The notes beneath the pieces were generated by a model. The model was not told the DNA's origin and did no database searches. It saw nothing but the letters and a program-made list of their open reading frames with translations. A DNA stretch of 64,000 nt from Promethearchaeota archaeon (GTDB lineage: Archaea; Asgardarchaeota; Lokiarchaeia; Sigyniarchaeales; SOKP01). Shown piece after piece: positions 39,201 to 47,986 of the stretch (position 1 is its first letter; the number at the start of each line of letters is the position of its first letter). The stretch is from the NCBI GenBank assembly GCA_019894855.1, contig JAGXNS010000001.1, forward strand, positions 3,966 through 67,965, given 5' to 3'. The position numbers and the translations under genes are program-made.

Positions 39201-39994
39201 ATTTTGCCGGCTATAGCGATTTAATTGGAGGCGTCATTAAATTTTTAAACAATATCCAAGCGGTTGATAAAGTAGGGAACTTGTATAAGAAAAAAGTAAG
39301 AGAAGAACTCAAAAAAATACTTAAGCCTTACATTGCAAGGATTACCAAGGATAAGAAGAGAGAGAAACAGATAATTGACGATGTATTTGATATTTTGGTA
39401 AGCAAACAATATTTAACAGAAAGTCATCCTCGAAGAGCTAGCGGTTCGGAATCCATGCAGACTTCTTTTGCGGTCGGACCTCATTACCAAAGAGTTTTAA
39501 AAGATTATTACGATTCCCGAGAAAGTTCGATAATCACCTGTGAACCAGTGGAACTTGAATCCACGCAACTTCCTGAAACAGAAACACTGAATCCTATTAA
39601 ACTCAGAAGTGCCCTCTCTAAACATTTTGCTCCTATTCTATATTACGAATATTTTACCATGCATAAAAACTTAAACGTCAAAAAATATGAGAATGTGATA
39701 AAGACTAGTAGAGATTTATTCCCTAAATTTTTACACAGCGTTTACAAAGAATATTACAGCGTGAATTATGCAATAACTTCAGAAGATATTGGGAAATTTA
39801 TTGAAAATTTCGGCAAAGTAGAAGGTTTTCCGTTTACAGCGGATGATCTAAAACTATTTCTAACTTCTTGCGAAAAGATAGACGTAAGTGACAAGACGGA
39901 AGTAGTCGAAATCTGCAAAAATACCTTCGAAATGTATTCCACGATATTTGATGGCTTCAGACAATACATCGAAGGTGATTGGGGGGGTATCTAA
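36221..39994 (+). CDS. large membrane protein with FtsK/HerA/VirB4-like ATPase-fold region (P-loop apparently degenerate)
   Basis: TTG 36221 is preceded by AAGGTGA. There are two TM-hairpin plus soluble-module repeats. After these, in order, come NLIVTNGTNSSREF...VVFDFTGNW, TVIIDLSDV, KFIVIPHID and GTLISASQIRYLHPNVFNYFNNMITFRTSD. This is the block order of DUF87/VirB4-type ATPases. Confidence 0.45.
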   Translation: MVKSYGEFLSEDNNQNRNWKEKNESGIETDKNTDEDPFYSVWNSFPSYKDIDSTDTLKKAISLVVIEFVLFASLLLTTVDFLLSISATVIVGISFVLVFRKNFFTLHHFLEFGAFNPFQNFIFWQTDYDKSVFYYTNRRDMITTGVSILKIGVMAENVSANLLTFIKGLHKNRTPYTFQVIHKPLQISNSKGYDKASTFETVILFSTYFKINGKINKSKLTKLVKELRLSTTALKTGITSNFHHFKISSLTEDQLVETFRSTVLKRDVPIESDSKRVTCKTVRPKLSASVAKSIYIVALVVVLDLSLLFFNLPLLYRFLLNIGIIVFLLLVWWQELFFQLSKGKLFRSKEIRVIDPFNNIEFFKSRKTPEIIFYQIEGKTTGGIKMANLYFCSPPPYCNPDKFYESLIKEGMPFTLTFQLGPLNFEKFDEEGFEYLTEREKFYLLKRRKIPVQRDNWLRQKAGIWSAIATYSTSVVSNASSLTYETTDKIERRLVQQFAVLKAAFGNNFMNYMIKPLRNNLLESGLIFETLKNKFFRRNGTHLNYLLFQGKTLKFLTTISNQFKKGVETQLAAEFNTPLQLKNEIIVGSTINTEYLETEVPAGFLFDQVRNLIVTNGTNSSREFLTQKIVIELVKSGYPSVVFDFTGNWSKIIKIFQGSIYENHFIYHKLGKTIVINPLRSEIPYDKNNPAYLDYMFDAYAMCFKKDERTIETFKNTILRNPDIDVSTLVLDLTSQRDWEKSSVTDTLLSFFKEFTPQESSFIQRQQPQTLHSAQAHEFITNDKTVIIDLSDVRDYDKQCYFAFVVLSKMIHYLKIGEAFTPKFIVIPHIDVVFDGFFLDKKIQYGKIDKFFSPFVNKGFGTLISASQIRYLHPNVFNYFNNMITFRTSDKRDVAVLNGQMNLENLHGVGYYSSRRNEGYQTRYIGAMKQNEAVVKREDIYQSFPVQFDFEELQLAKPLSWEEIVSYMEKQGYDLEKTKNKIMKRAQTTLFESDFAGYSDLIGGVIKFLNNIQAVDKVGNLYKKKVREELKKILKPYIARITKDKKREKQIIDDVFDILVSKQYLTESHPRRASGSESMQTSFAVGPHYQRVLKDYYDSRESSIITCEPVELESTQLPETETLNPIKLRSALSKHFAPILYYEYFTMHKNLNVKKYENVIKTSRDLFPKFLHSVYKEYYSVNYAITSEDIGKFIENFGKVEGFPFTADDLKLFLTSCEKIDVSDKTEVVEICKNTFEMYSTIFDGFRQYIEGDWGGI

Positions 39995-40383
39995 TGGCAA
40001 AGAGTCAAGAGTTAGCGAACTTTGAGCAAGTAGTAGAAAAAATTATCTTTAACGATAATGAATTAGAAGAGCTCAAGATTGCGATAAGAAACTTTACCGA
40101 AGGAAAAACCAGTGAAAAAGAGTTAAAGCATCTGATACTTCAATTTCGAGGTCGAATGGTCGAAGAAATAACGGATTTTGGCTTTTTCTTTGCGGAAAAG
40201 AGGACTCAAAACTTGATGCAAACCGAAATAAACAAAAAGCCGCCTTTTTCAACGACCAAAGGAGAATCTCAACTAAGAAAGGAAATCAAAGAGAAAAACG
40301 AACTTTTGGAGAATGTGGCTATACGTGTAAATCAGTTGGTATCCAATCTTAAAAAGGAAGATTCGCAAGGGGATTTATTATAG
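39994..40383 (+). CDS. small coiled-coil protein, last gene of the operon
   Basis: ATG 39994 overlaps the TAA of the previous gene (TAATG) and follows GAAGGTGATTGGGGGGG. Lys/Glu-rich helical sequence. Confidence 0.5.
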   Translation: MAKSQELANFEQVVEKIIFNDNELEELKIAIRNFTEGKTSEKELKHLILQFRGRMVEEITDFGFFFAEKRTQNLMQTEINKKPPFSTTKGESQLRKEIKEKNELLENVAIRVNQLVSNLKKEDSQGDLL

Positions 40384-40461
40384 GTAATTGAGCTGTAATT
40401 CTTAAATTAAGAAAAATAATCAAGTTAGATTAGATTAAACAAGGAAAAAAAAAGGATTTAG

Positions 40462-41352
40462 TTAAAAGGTATTAGGGATTAATTCAGCTTCTTTGACTTC
40501 CATGTTGATGTAATCGAACCCCTTCAGGTTTGGGGCCAAGTTCTTCGGTTTTACGCTCAGAATTCCCGAGAAAATTACGTCTACCGAAAGAAAATCGGCA
40601 GTTATCCTTACGAACGGCGCAAACGAGCGAGCTCCAATGTTGCCCGCCATCATCGCCTCGAAAGCTCCCGGCTCTCGGTCGTATTTTTCTCTGACTCCAG
40701 GCATCGTAAACACTTTTGGTAACAAAGCTTGATAGGTGGCGAGGTTTATCTCCTTTTTAAGGTTAGACAATTCGAAATAATTGAATTTCTCAGTTTCAAG
40801 ACCGTAGCATCTCTCGTAATCTATACTATCGGGAGAAAACCACCAAGTGAACAAGAACGGCACGCCCCAAGACTCGATCATGGGGATATTTCGCTTTCGA
40901 GCCTCTCTGGCGATAAATATTGAAGTAGCAGGATCGTCCAAAGTAAGGGCAATCACTTTCACACCTTCTAGGACATCATCAATGTTTTGTTGTGTAATTT
41001 TAAAGAACTTTCTGACTTCTACTTCAGGATCGATCTTGTGTAAAAAAGCTTCTACTACATCGATCTTTCTCTTTCCGATGTCCTCGATGGTGCAAATTTG
41101 TCTATTTAAATTTGACTCGTCGAACACATCAAAGTCGCAAATAACTAAGTTTTGGCACCCCGCTCTTACAAGATTCTCCGCGAGCGGTCCACCTAAACCC
41201 CCTACTCCGAGCACCGCAACTTTCGAAGTTCTTATCGTCTCTTGTTCTTCGAATGTAACTGGTCCAATGTTTCTTATAATGTGTTCCCAATAGGGTTCTG
41301 ACCATGTATCCATTTTTTGATTAACAAACATTTTATATCGATTGTTTTTCAT
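40462..41352 (-). CDS. ThiF/MoeB/E1-like adenylyltransferase
   Basis: VAVLGVGGLGGPLAENLVRAGCQNLVICDFDVFDESNLNRQ is the nucleotide-binding signature of the family. Confidence 0.8.
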   Translation of the reverse strand: MKNNRYKMFVNQKMDTWSEPYWEHIIRNIGPVTFEEQETIRTSKVAVLGVGGLGGPLAENLVRAGCQNLVICDFDVFDESNLNRQICTIEDIGKRKIDVVEAFLHKIDPEVEVRKFFKITQQNIDDVLEGVKVIALTLDDPATSIFIAREARKRNIPMIESWGVPFLFTWWFSPDSIDYERCYGLETEKFNYFELSNLKKEINLATYQALLPKVFTMPGVREKYDREPGAFEAMMAGNIGARSFAPFVRITADFLSVDVIFSGILSVKPKNLAPNLKGFDYINMEVKEAELIPNTF

Positions 41353-41506
41353 TTAAGTTATAGCGGTCACTCAGAGAAGATATATAAAGAAAAAAAGATA
41401 CTTAAAGATTTGAACAAGACAATTCAAAAACTGAATAAATTTAATAAACTTTTCACATTGTTAATTAGCTTATTTGCGCAGTAAAATAAAGGGTGTTTTG
41501 CCGGTC

Positions 41507-41905
41507 TTAACTTGGTAAAGTAATTCCTTTTTCGTGTTTGTCAATGCCGGAGTTAAAACCGTTAAACATTGCTACATTACTCTCCCAGTGTCGTGGTAGC
41601 TTATTGCAGTATTTATCGTAAAAAGATTGGGACAACGATTCAAAATGTTCGTTTGCAGCTTTATTTTTAAGGCTCCTAGGTGAGATACCTATAAAGAAGA
41701 AGGGTTCGATTTTATTGAAGTGGAGTCGATAATCGTTCATCGAAACTTTTTGCATATCCCTATCGAAACAAACATTATAAAGCGAATTAATCGCGTGAAA
41801 ATATGCTCCAATAAGCTGATCGTCGCATTTTAAGAGATTAAAATGACTAAAAATCACTTTGCCACCTTGAGCTAGAACGAAGAAATCAAACAAAAATTCG
41901 GTCAT
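41507..41905 (-). CDS. possible longin/Roadblock-like small regulatory-fold protein
   Basis: 132 aa. The pattern FFVLAQGGKVIFSH...LIGAYFHAINSL...YRLHFNKIEPFFFIGIS resembles longin-type alpha/beta/alpha folds. This is pattern recognition only. Confidence 0.3.
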   Translation of the reverse strand: MTEFLFDFFVLAQGGKVIFSHFNLLKCDDQLIGAYFHAINSLYNVCFDRDMQKVSMNDYRLHFNKIEPFFFIGISPRSLKNKAANEHFESLSQSFYDKYCNKLPRHWESNVAMFNGFNSGIDKHEKGITLPS

Positions 41906-42345
41906 GACAAATGCTAACGGATTTTTTGCTTATAAAAAATGATGTAATATCAAAAGAACGCCTGAATATGCCGCTAATATATACTTAAAAAATGAAGCTT
42001 TTTTTAATCGATCTTCATATGTTTAGACTTTAACAATCTAAGACGATCTCTATAAATTAAATCGGGAACTTCGATTGAGTTTAAAACCTTTGCATCAACA
42101 TTTTGTTCCCATTTAAATTTTGTCGCTGCTTTTTCCATATATTAAAAGAAGAGCTCTTTAAAAATAAAAGATAGGACTACCAAAAATTAACGATTTTTAA
42201 AGAATCTTAAAAAAGTTCCGACTTATTTTAGTTGACAATGAGAGGTATCTCATCTCTAAATTATAGGGGAAAATTATTATTATCTTCTTATATTATCAAA
42301 AGTAAAAATTATATTCTTAATGTAAAACCACGGAGTTATATTAAA

Positions 42346-42921
42346 ATGGATAAAAGTGATGCTAAAAAGCTTTTAGGTGGGGAGTTTAGCTTTGTTTTTG
42401 ATAATATTGATCCCGTTCTTCAAGAGTTAAAATTGGAAAAAAACTCGAAAATTTTAGATGTCGGGACTGGGGAAGGGAGGATGGCAATAGCACTCGCATT
42501 AAATAATTACCACGTATTAACTGGAGAATTGGAGAGTGATGAGTCCAAATATGCTAAAAGAGATTGGCTCGAATCAGCTAAAAAAGTTGAAGTTGATAAT
42601 TTAATTAGTTATACTCCCTTTGATGCTGAGAAACTGCCATTTGAAGATGGATCGTTTGATGCCGTTTTTATTTCTGGAGCTCTTCATCACATTAACGACG
42701 GTCAAGCTGCTTTCAATGAAAGCGTACGAGTGATAAAACCCAAAGGTAAAATTTGTATTTTCGAACCAAATCTTCGTGCGGTTGGAACCATAAGGGAAAA
42801 AAAATTCGCAGATCATCCAGATGCGGTTGATCCCCGAGACTTTAACCACGCTCATAAGTTATCTTTAGAAATTAAGAAAACTTCTTTTTACGACGCCTAC
42901 ATATTTCAAAAAGTAAATTAA
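42346..42921 (+). CDS. class I SAM-dependent methyltransferase
   Basis: ILDVGTGEGRMAIALA (motif I), FDAVFISGALHH and IKPKGKICIFEP. I prefer ATG 42346 over the track start at 42232. Confidence 0.8.
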   Translation: MDKSDAKKLLGGEFSFVFDNIDPVLQELKLEKNSKILDVGTGEGRMAIALALNNYHVLTGELESDESKYAKRDWLESAKKVEVDNLISYTPFDAEKLPFEDGSFDAVFISGALHHINDGQAAFNESVRVIKPKGKICIFEPNLRAVGTIREKKFADHPDAVDPRDFNHAHKLSLEIKKTSFYDAYIFQKVN

Positions 42922-42946
42922 ATCCAAGATACGAACAGATCTTTGG

Positions 42947-43765
42947 CTATCTTTTATTAATTAGGTGTTGATAAATAACACTCATATAACGGTAATTTTT
43001 TTTTGATACTACTTTAAGATAATTCAATATGTTAAATAATAAATTTAATCCATACTTATCACCGTAAATACTTATTATTAAGTAAAGCATTTTTTGATTT
43101 CGACTCATTTTTTTAATTTTTTTAATTTCTGTTTCAATTACGCTATACTTATTTAAAAATTGTGTAATTTCAGTCAAGCAGGATTTTCTAACGTTATCGT
43201 CGTAAAAACTGGCTAGGTTAAATCCCATATTTTTAAATGTTTTAATTTTTAGAGAAGGGATAAAAGACGGAATAAAACTTTTTTTAGTTAAAGACCTATG
43301 ATAGAACTGGAATCCTGATTTAGAGTTTTTTAATTCGTAATTATTTGCAAAATGAACGGGATAAACTGGGCTATTGAAAGTTTTAGTCATATTAATGTAA
43401 TATACGCGCCCACGATATATCATGTGACACCATTTTTCAAAACCTAATATCCTTACGTTATCTTCAATTTTGGGGTAGCGTTCGAACGAACTACCGTTGA
43501 ATACCCACAACACAAAACAATTATTCTCGTTGTATTCTTTAGTCCGTTGTATTAAATCCTTGACAAGTATCATTGAGTGTTGTATTTCTACAACTATTTT
43601 TTTACCATTACTTAATTTACAATAAACATCAGCAATTCGGTCGCCGATAGGATATTCTTTCTTTATAACATCAATTTTGTTATCAAACGGAAGGAAGGAG
43701 TAGAAATGTTCTTTTATTCTAAGATGTTCAAATGACTCCGCTTCGTTTTTTTTAGGTATTATCAT
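42947..43765 (-). CDS. CoiA-like PD-(D/E)xK nuclease-fold protein
   Basis: GDRIADVYCKLSNGKKIVVEIQHSMILVKDLIQRTKEYNENNCFVLWVF matches the D...E-x-Q-x-S core of competence-protein CoiA-like nucleases. Confidence 0.5.
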   Translation of the reverse strand: MIIPKKNEAESFEHLRIKEHFYSFLPFDNKIDVIKKEYPIGDRIADVYCKLSNGKKIVVEIQHSMILVKDLIQRTKEYNENNCFVLWVFNGSSFERYPKIEDNVRILGFEKWCHMIYRGRVYYINMTKTFNSPVYPVHFANNYELKNSKSGFQFYHRSLTKKSFIPSFIPSLKIKTFKNMGFNLASFYDDNVRKSCLTEITQFLNKYSVIETEIKKIKKMSRNQKMLYLIISIYGDKYGLNLLFNILNYLKVVSKKNYRYMSVIYQHLINKR

Positions 43766-43921
43766 AATTCAAGCACTTAGAATCACCATATAATTGACAA
43801 CTATATTTTTAAACCCTAACATTTTCCTAAATCGAAATTAGCTGACTACTCCACTAAAAAGAAAACTACTTTACCCACAATCAGATTTTTTTTTTAAATA
43901 TACAGAAAAAATTAGAGATTT

Positions 43922-44308
43922 ATGATTGTCTCAGAACATACGAAAAAGAAATCTACTCTAAGCCATATTAAATGCGTTCTTTGTCGAAGTGATTCCAGAT
44001 TAGGTGTAAAGATTAAAAAAATAGGCAACGCTTTTGGAACTGTATGTGAAGAATGCACGAAAACATTTAATGATGAAGAAATCGAGTTGATGCACAATAT
44101 GTTTAGCGCATTTGGAGGATATTTTGGAAAAATGAGTAATTCTAAAGAATTATCGTATTCAAAACTTGAAGAAATTGCTAAGAGTTATAAGGAACAAAAT
44201 AAGAACAGTAATAACATCGAAAACGATATTAAAACGCTTCATTCGGCACTTCTTTACGGAATTAGCTGCCAACAGCTCGTAAGAGGAGTAAAGCTATTAG
44301 TTGATTAG
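43922..44308 (+). CDS. zinc-ribbon protein, AFGGYFG family (paralogue of 14822..15208)
   Basis: CVLC-x19-CEEC followed by FNDEEIELMHNMFSAFGGYFGK. 128 aa. Confidence 0.6.
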   Translation: MIVSEHTKKKSTLSHIKCVLCRSDSRLGVKIKKIGNAFGTVCEECTKTFNDEEIELMHNMFSAFGGYFGKMSNSKELSYSKLEEIAKSYKEQNKNSNNIENDIKTLHSALLYGISCQQLVRGVKLLVD

Positions 44309-44384
44309 CCTATCGTTACAAAGAAATATTTATTAGTTCATACATTATTAATAAAGTAAAAAACACTTAGGTAATACGCTTCAA

Positions 44385-44888
44385 TTGAATCCTGAAATTC
44401 TCACTACGCTAGAAACAAAGAGACTCGTAATCAAGCAGATTAATCAGATCGAGTTTTATAAAAGCGATAATGAATTACGTCAAAAATTTGAAAGTTATAT
44501 CATCCAAGGCATCTTCTCTCCAGATGATCGTAAGAATACGCTGATTTTTTCAATTACTCACAAAGTCAATGAGCAACTTTTAGGTCTTATTTTTTTGAAA
44601 CCTTTAAATTCCATCAATGAAATGGAATGCTTTATTATACTATTTTCTCAATATAGAGGAGATGGTTTTGCAATAGAGGCTCTTAAAAAATCTATTGAAT
44701 TCGCATTTTCAACATTAAAGATAGATACACTGTTTGCCTATGTCAGTCAAGATAACAAGAGAGGCTGGTTAGTAGCGGAACGTTCGGGGATGAAATACAT
44801 GGGGGATATAATTATTGAACATAAAAATAAGAAAGCAATGAAATTTTCGATGAACAAAAATGATTTCGACAACATCTATCGTCTTTAG
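44385..44888 (+). CDS. GNAT-family N-acetyltransferase (RimJ/RimL-like)
   Basis: LETKRLVIKQIN at the N-terminus and QYRGDGFAIEALKKSIEFAF (acetyl-CoA-binding motif A). TTG start. Confidence 0.7.
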   Translation: MNPEILTTLETKRLVIKQINQIEFYKSDNELRQKFESYIIQGIFSPDDRKNTLIFSITHKVNEQLLGLIFLKPLNSINEMECFIILFSQYRGDGFAIEALKKSIEFAFSTLKIDTLFAYVSQDNKRGWLVAERSGMKYMGDIIIEHKNKKAMKFSMNKNDFDNIYRL

Positions 44889-44890
44889 AG

Positions 44891-45832
44891 CTATAATGAC
44901 AAGATTTTTTTTAAATCTTCTTTAGAAACGGTTAATAAATCACTCTCAGGGAGTCTTTCTGCAAGTAATCGCCAATTATTGTCTTTATTAAAGACTTTTT
45001 TAAAGATTTTTGATGCTTCTTCAATTTTTTGATTATTAGCTAAGGATATGGCGGTCCAAAATTGCATTTCAAGGTTTTCAGGAAACATCTTTAGTGCCGA
45101 ATCGTATTCCTTGAGTGCCGTCTCCATGTCGTTGTGTTCTATAGCTAAATCACCTTTATCCATGTGTTTGTAAGCCCTATGGATCTTTAACAATCTTGAG
45201 AGTTCTTTTACGGGTTGCTCGTTATCTTCGACTCTTAAATCGATGAGTTTATCTTCCCACTTATTTTTAGCTTCTTTACCGCCTACAAGTAAAATCGCTG
45301 CTGATTGTTTTCCTCTGATATCTCCACCAACAGTTTCTGCCGCTTCCATTGCTTTTATGATTCTCTCAGCTAAGGGTAAAGTAGCGTTCGATTCAAAACT
45401 TTTAGCCATTGCTGACCAGACCTTATCGGTAAGCATCATATTAGCTTGAACCGAAAAATTATCTCCTACAATGTGACCTGCGTGAATAATGCATTTCGAA
45501 CCCGTGTGAGTCGCAACTCTGCCTTGAGCGTCTAATATTGCTACTTGTCTTACATCTCTACCTTCGTCTTCAGAAATTAAAAAATCTAAAGCCTCTTTTG
45601 GTGATTTTCCTTGCTTTAAAAGTTCTAAACCGCGTAAACCAAATGATGCATTCACAAGCGATTGAGTAGCCACGACTCCAACCCCAGATTCGCCCCAAGA
45701 GACGATACTTCCAACCGAGAAATAGTGACTCTGGACGCCAACTCCCATCTCTCCAGATTTAGTATCTCTTGCCACGATAGAATACGTGTGAGCAAGATTT
45801 CTCCCTCTAAAATTAATTTTGTTTTTCTTCAT
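44891..45832 (-). CDS. DUF1028-family Ntn-hydrolase-fold protein with C-terminal TPR-like region
   Basis: HTYSIVARDTKSGEMGVGVQSHYFSVGSIVSWGESGVGVVATQS is the DUF1028 N-terminal signature. I prefer ATG 45830-45832 (MKKNKINF). Confidence 0.7.
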   Translation of the reverse strand: MKKNKINFRGRNLAHTYSIVARDTKSGEMGVGVQSHYFSVGSIVSWGESGVGVVATQSLVNASFGLRGLELLKQGKSPKEALDFLISEDEGRDVRQVAILDAQGRVATHTGSKCIIHAGHIVGDNFSVQANMMLTDKVWSAMAKSFESNATLPLAERIIKAMEAAETVGGDIRGKQSAAILLVGGKEAKNKWEDKLIDLRVEDNEQPVKELSRLLKIHRAYKHMDKGDLAIEHNDMETALKEYDSALKMFPENLEMQFWTAISLANNQKIEEASKIFKKVFNKDNNWRLLAERLPESDLLTVSKEDLKKILSL

Positions 45833-45993
45833 ATTTTGGTAACCTTTATTCGTAATTTTTCTTAGACATTTTCTACGAATGCAGTTCAATAAACAATATT
45901 ATTATTAACTTCAATTTAAAGAATGAGATATTCATTTTTTATTTATAGAATAATAATAATCTTTATCTTGAATCTTTATTTCATAAAGAAATT

Positions 45994-46344
45994 ATGACAA
46001 AATTAAATGACTTATTTCAAGAATGGAACGAGTTAAATATTAAAGCTGGAGAATCAATGGGTCAATTTGATTTTACAAAGATTAAAGAAATACGAGAGAG
46101 TCAATCAAAAGTCGAAAATTCAATATACGAGGTATTGAAAAATAACGCGTCTGATGATTTGTTAAAAATTCTACCAGAGGAATGTGGCGAATTAGAGATG
46201 GGATACAATACGAAAGACAAAATTTTTTACTTTGTAATGCTCGATCCCGAATTTGAGGACGAAGAAGAGACAATATTATTAGCTGTAACTATAGATCTTA
46301 ATAATAAAGTTGGTTTACTCAAAGACTTTAAGATAGAAGACTAG
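45994..46344 (+). CDS. hypothetical acidic protein
   Basis: 116-aa ORF, no motif recognised. Confidence 0.4.
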   Translation: MTKLNDLFQEWNELNIKAGESMGQFDFTKIKEIRESQSKVENSIYEVLKNNASDDLLKILPEECGELEMGYNTKDKIFYFVMLDPEFEDEEETILLAVTIDLNNKVGLLKDFKIED

Positions 46345-46368
46345 TCAAAAATAAAAAAAAGAATGATT

Positions 46369-47898
46369 TTAAAACTTATCAGCGTTTTCATACCATGCTG
46401 GAAACCACTGATAGTATTCTTTTGGAAAGGCTTTTTGTAATCCCTCGTAAGTAGCTTTAACTAAAGCAATTTTTCCTGAGCGATCGCGATGAATAACGAT
46501 TAATCCTTGTTGTTCTAATTGTTCAAAAATCTTCCGCAACTCAGATCTACCTCCTCCTATATCTTCTCGGACATCGTCGGGAGTCATATACAAACCCGGA
46601 TTTACTTTATAATCGTGAGAGATAACTTTTAACACGTTTTCTTCTGTTATATCCATTCCTTTGAATTGAGATTCTTTTCTTGATCTAATGGGAGCATTAA
46701 CCTCATCGTTCCATCTCAATCTCATAGGCTTGTTAAAGGAAGGAAGCATAGCACAGAAACGGTAAATAATCATCTTTTGAACCTCTGTCGTCCCCGCTAC
46801 AATTTCTCCAATTTTAGCCTCACGTAAAATTCTTTCAGCTGGTAAAAATTTTGTAAGTCCATCCCCGCCTAGGATTTGGATGGCTTTAAGTCCAATGTCT
46901 CTTGCGTATTCAGTATTAATCATTTTAGCTATTGAAGCTTCAACCATTGGTTCTCCCCCATCATCTATTAATTTGGCACAGTGATAAGAAAACAGCCTTG
47001 AAACCTTTGCTTTTGTTATAATTTCAGCAATTTTTTCTTGTACGCCCGGAAATTGATTCGTGGTTTTTCTAAATTGAACACGTCTTTTTGTGAAATGAAA
47101 CAATAAATTGATGACATCTTCAAACATCCCACTGAAAACTGCCGCCCCAATTAAGCGTTCGAAATTTAAGCCTGCCATCATTACATTCCATCCCTTTCCA
47201 ACTGCACCAATACGATTAATGTCAGGAATTCTAACGTGATCAAAATCTATATACCCGTTAGGAACGTTATCAAATCCAATTAAGGGGTTGATTTTTTCTA
47301 AACTAAATCCAGGTCTACCCTTTTCCACCATGAAAGAAGTGATGTGGCCATATTGCTTTCGAAGAGCCTTATCATCGCTTGTTTTTGCATAAATAAAGTA
47401 TCTATCAGAAACGCCAGCTCCAGTAATGAATCGTTTTTTACCATTTAGGATCCACTCATCTCCATCTTTGACCGCAGATGTAAAAACATTTGCAGCGTCT
47501 GATCCTGCAAACGGTTCAGTAATACATAAAGCGCCTAATTCTTCCCCGCTTGCGATTTTAGGAAGCCACATTTTTTTTTGTTCATCGGTTCCAAACCTTA
47601 AGACTTGTTCCAATCCAGCTAACATGCTTACGGTAAATACATGTCCTACAGCGTAAAGCCTTCCAAGTTGTGCTGCTACAATACAGCTTCCAGTAGCGCC
47701 TAATTCTAATCCCCCGTATTCTTTTGGAACTCCTGCTCCAAAATATCCTTTCTTCGCTACTTTTTTAACGAGTGGCCACGGAAATTTTGTATTCCAGAAG
47801 TATTCTTCAGCTTCTTCGAAGTTGTCTTCGACAAACTGTCTCACATCTTTGTAAATAGCCCTCTGTTCGTCATTCCACCAAAAAAATTCTTCACTCAT
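46369..47898 (-). CDS. acyl-CoA dehydrogenase with C-terminal winged-helix-like extension
   Basis: CITEPFAGSDA, the GxGW region and IVAGTTEVQKMIIYR are ACAD blocks. The extra about 110 aa at the C-terminus includes LEQQGLIVIHRDRSGKIALV. Confidence 0.85.
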   Translation of the reverse strand: MSEEFFWWNDEQRAIYKDVRQFVEDNFEEAEEYFWNTKFPWPLVKKVAKKGYFGAGVPKEYGGLELGATGSCIVAAQLGRLYAVGHVFTVSMLAGLEQVLRFGTDEQKKMWLPKIASGEELGALCITEPFAGSDAANVFTSAVKDGDEWILNGKKRFITGAGVSDRYFIYAKTSDDKALRKQYGHITSFMVEKGRPGFSLEKINPLIGFDNVPNGYIDFDHVRIPDINRIGAVGKGWNVMMAGLNFERLIGAAVFSGMFEDVINLLFHFTKRRVQFRKTTNQFPGVQEKIAEIITKAKVSRLFSYHCAKLIDDGGEPMVEASIAKMINTEYARDIGLKAIQILGGDGLTKFLPAERILREAKIGEIVAGTTEVQKMIIYRFCAMLPSFNKPMRLRWNDEVNAPIRSRKESQFKGMDITEENVLKVISHDYKVNPGLYMTPDDVREDIGGGRSELRKIFEQLEQQGLIVIHRDRSGKIALVKATYEGLQKAFPKEYYQWFPAWYENADKF

Positions 47899-47986
47899 AC
47901 TTTTTCATCTTTTGCTAATTATATGTAATTATACTTGAACTAGTGATATAGAAAAAATAAACCAATACATAAATTTTCGTTAAAAG

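Noticed and set aside
42004-42138. Short minus-strand ORFs below the track cutoff: 42004..42138 (44 aa, MEKAATKFKWEQ...) and 14026..14157 (43 aa, MRKLAEQLKK...).
   Set aside because: They are clean ATG-to-stop frames in intergenic gaps. They have no recognisable motif, paralogue or clear ribosome-binding site, so support is insufficient for a feature call.
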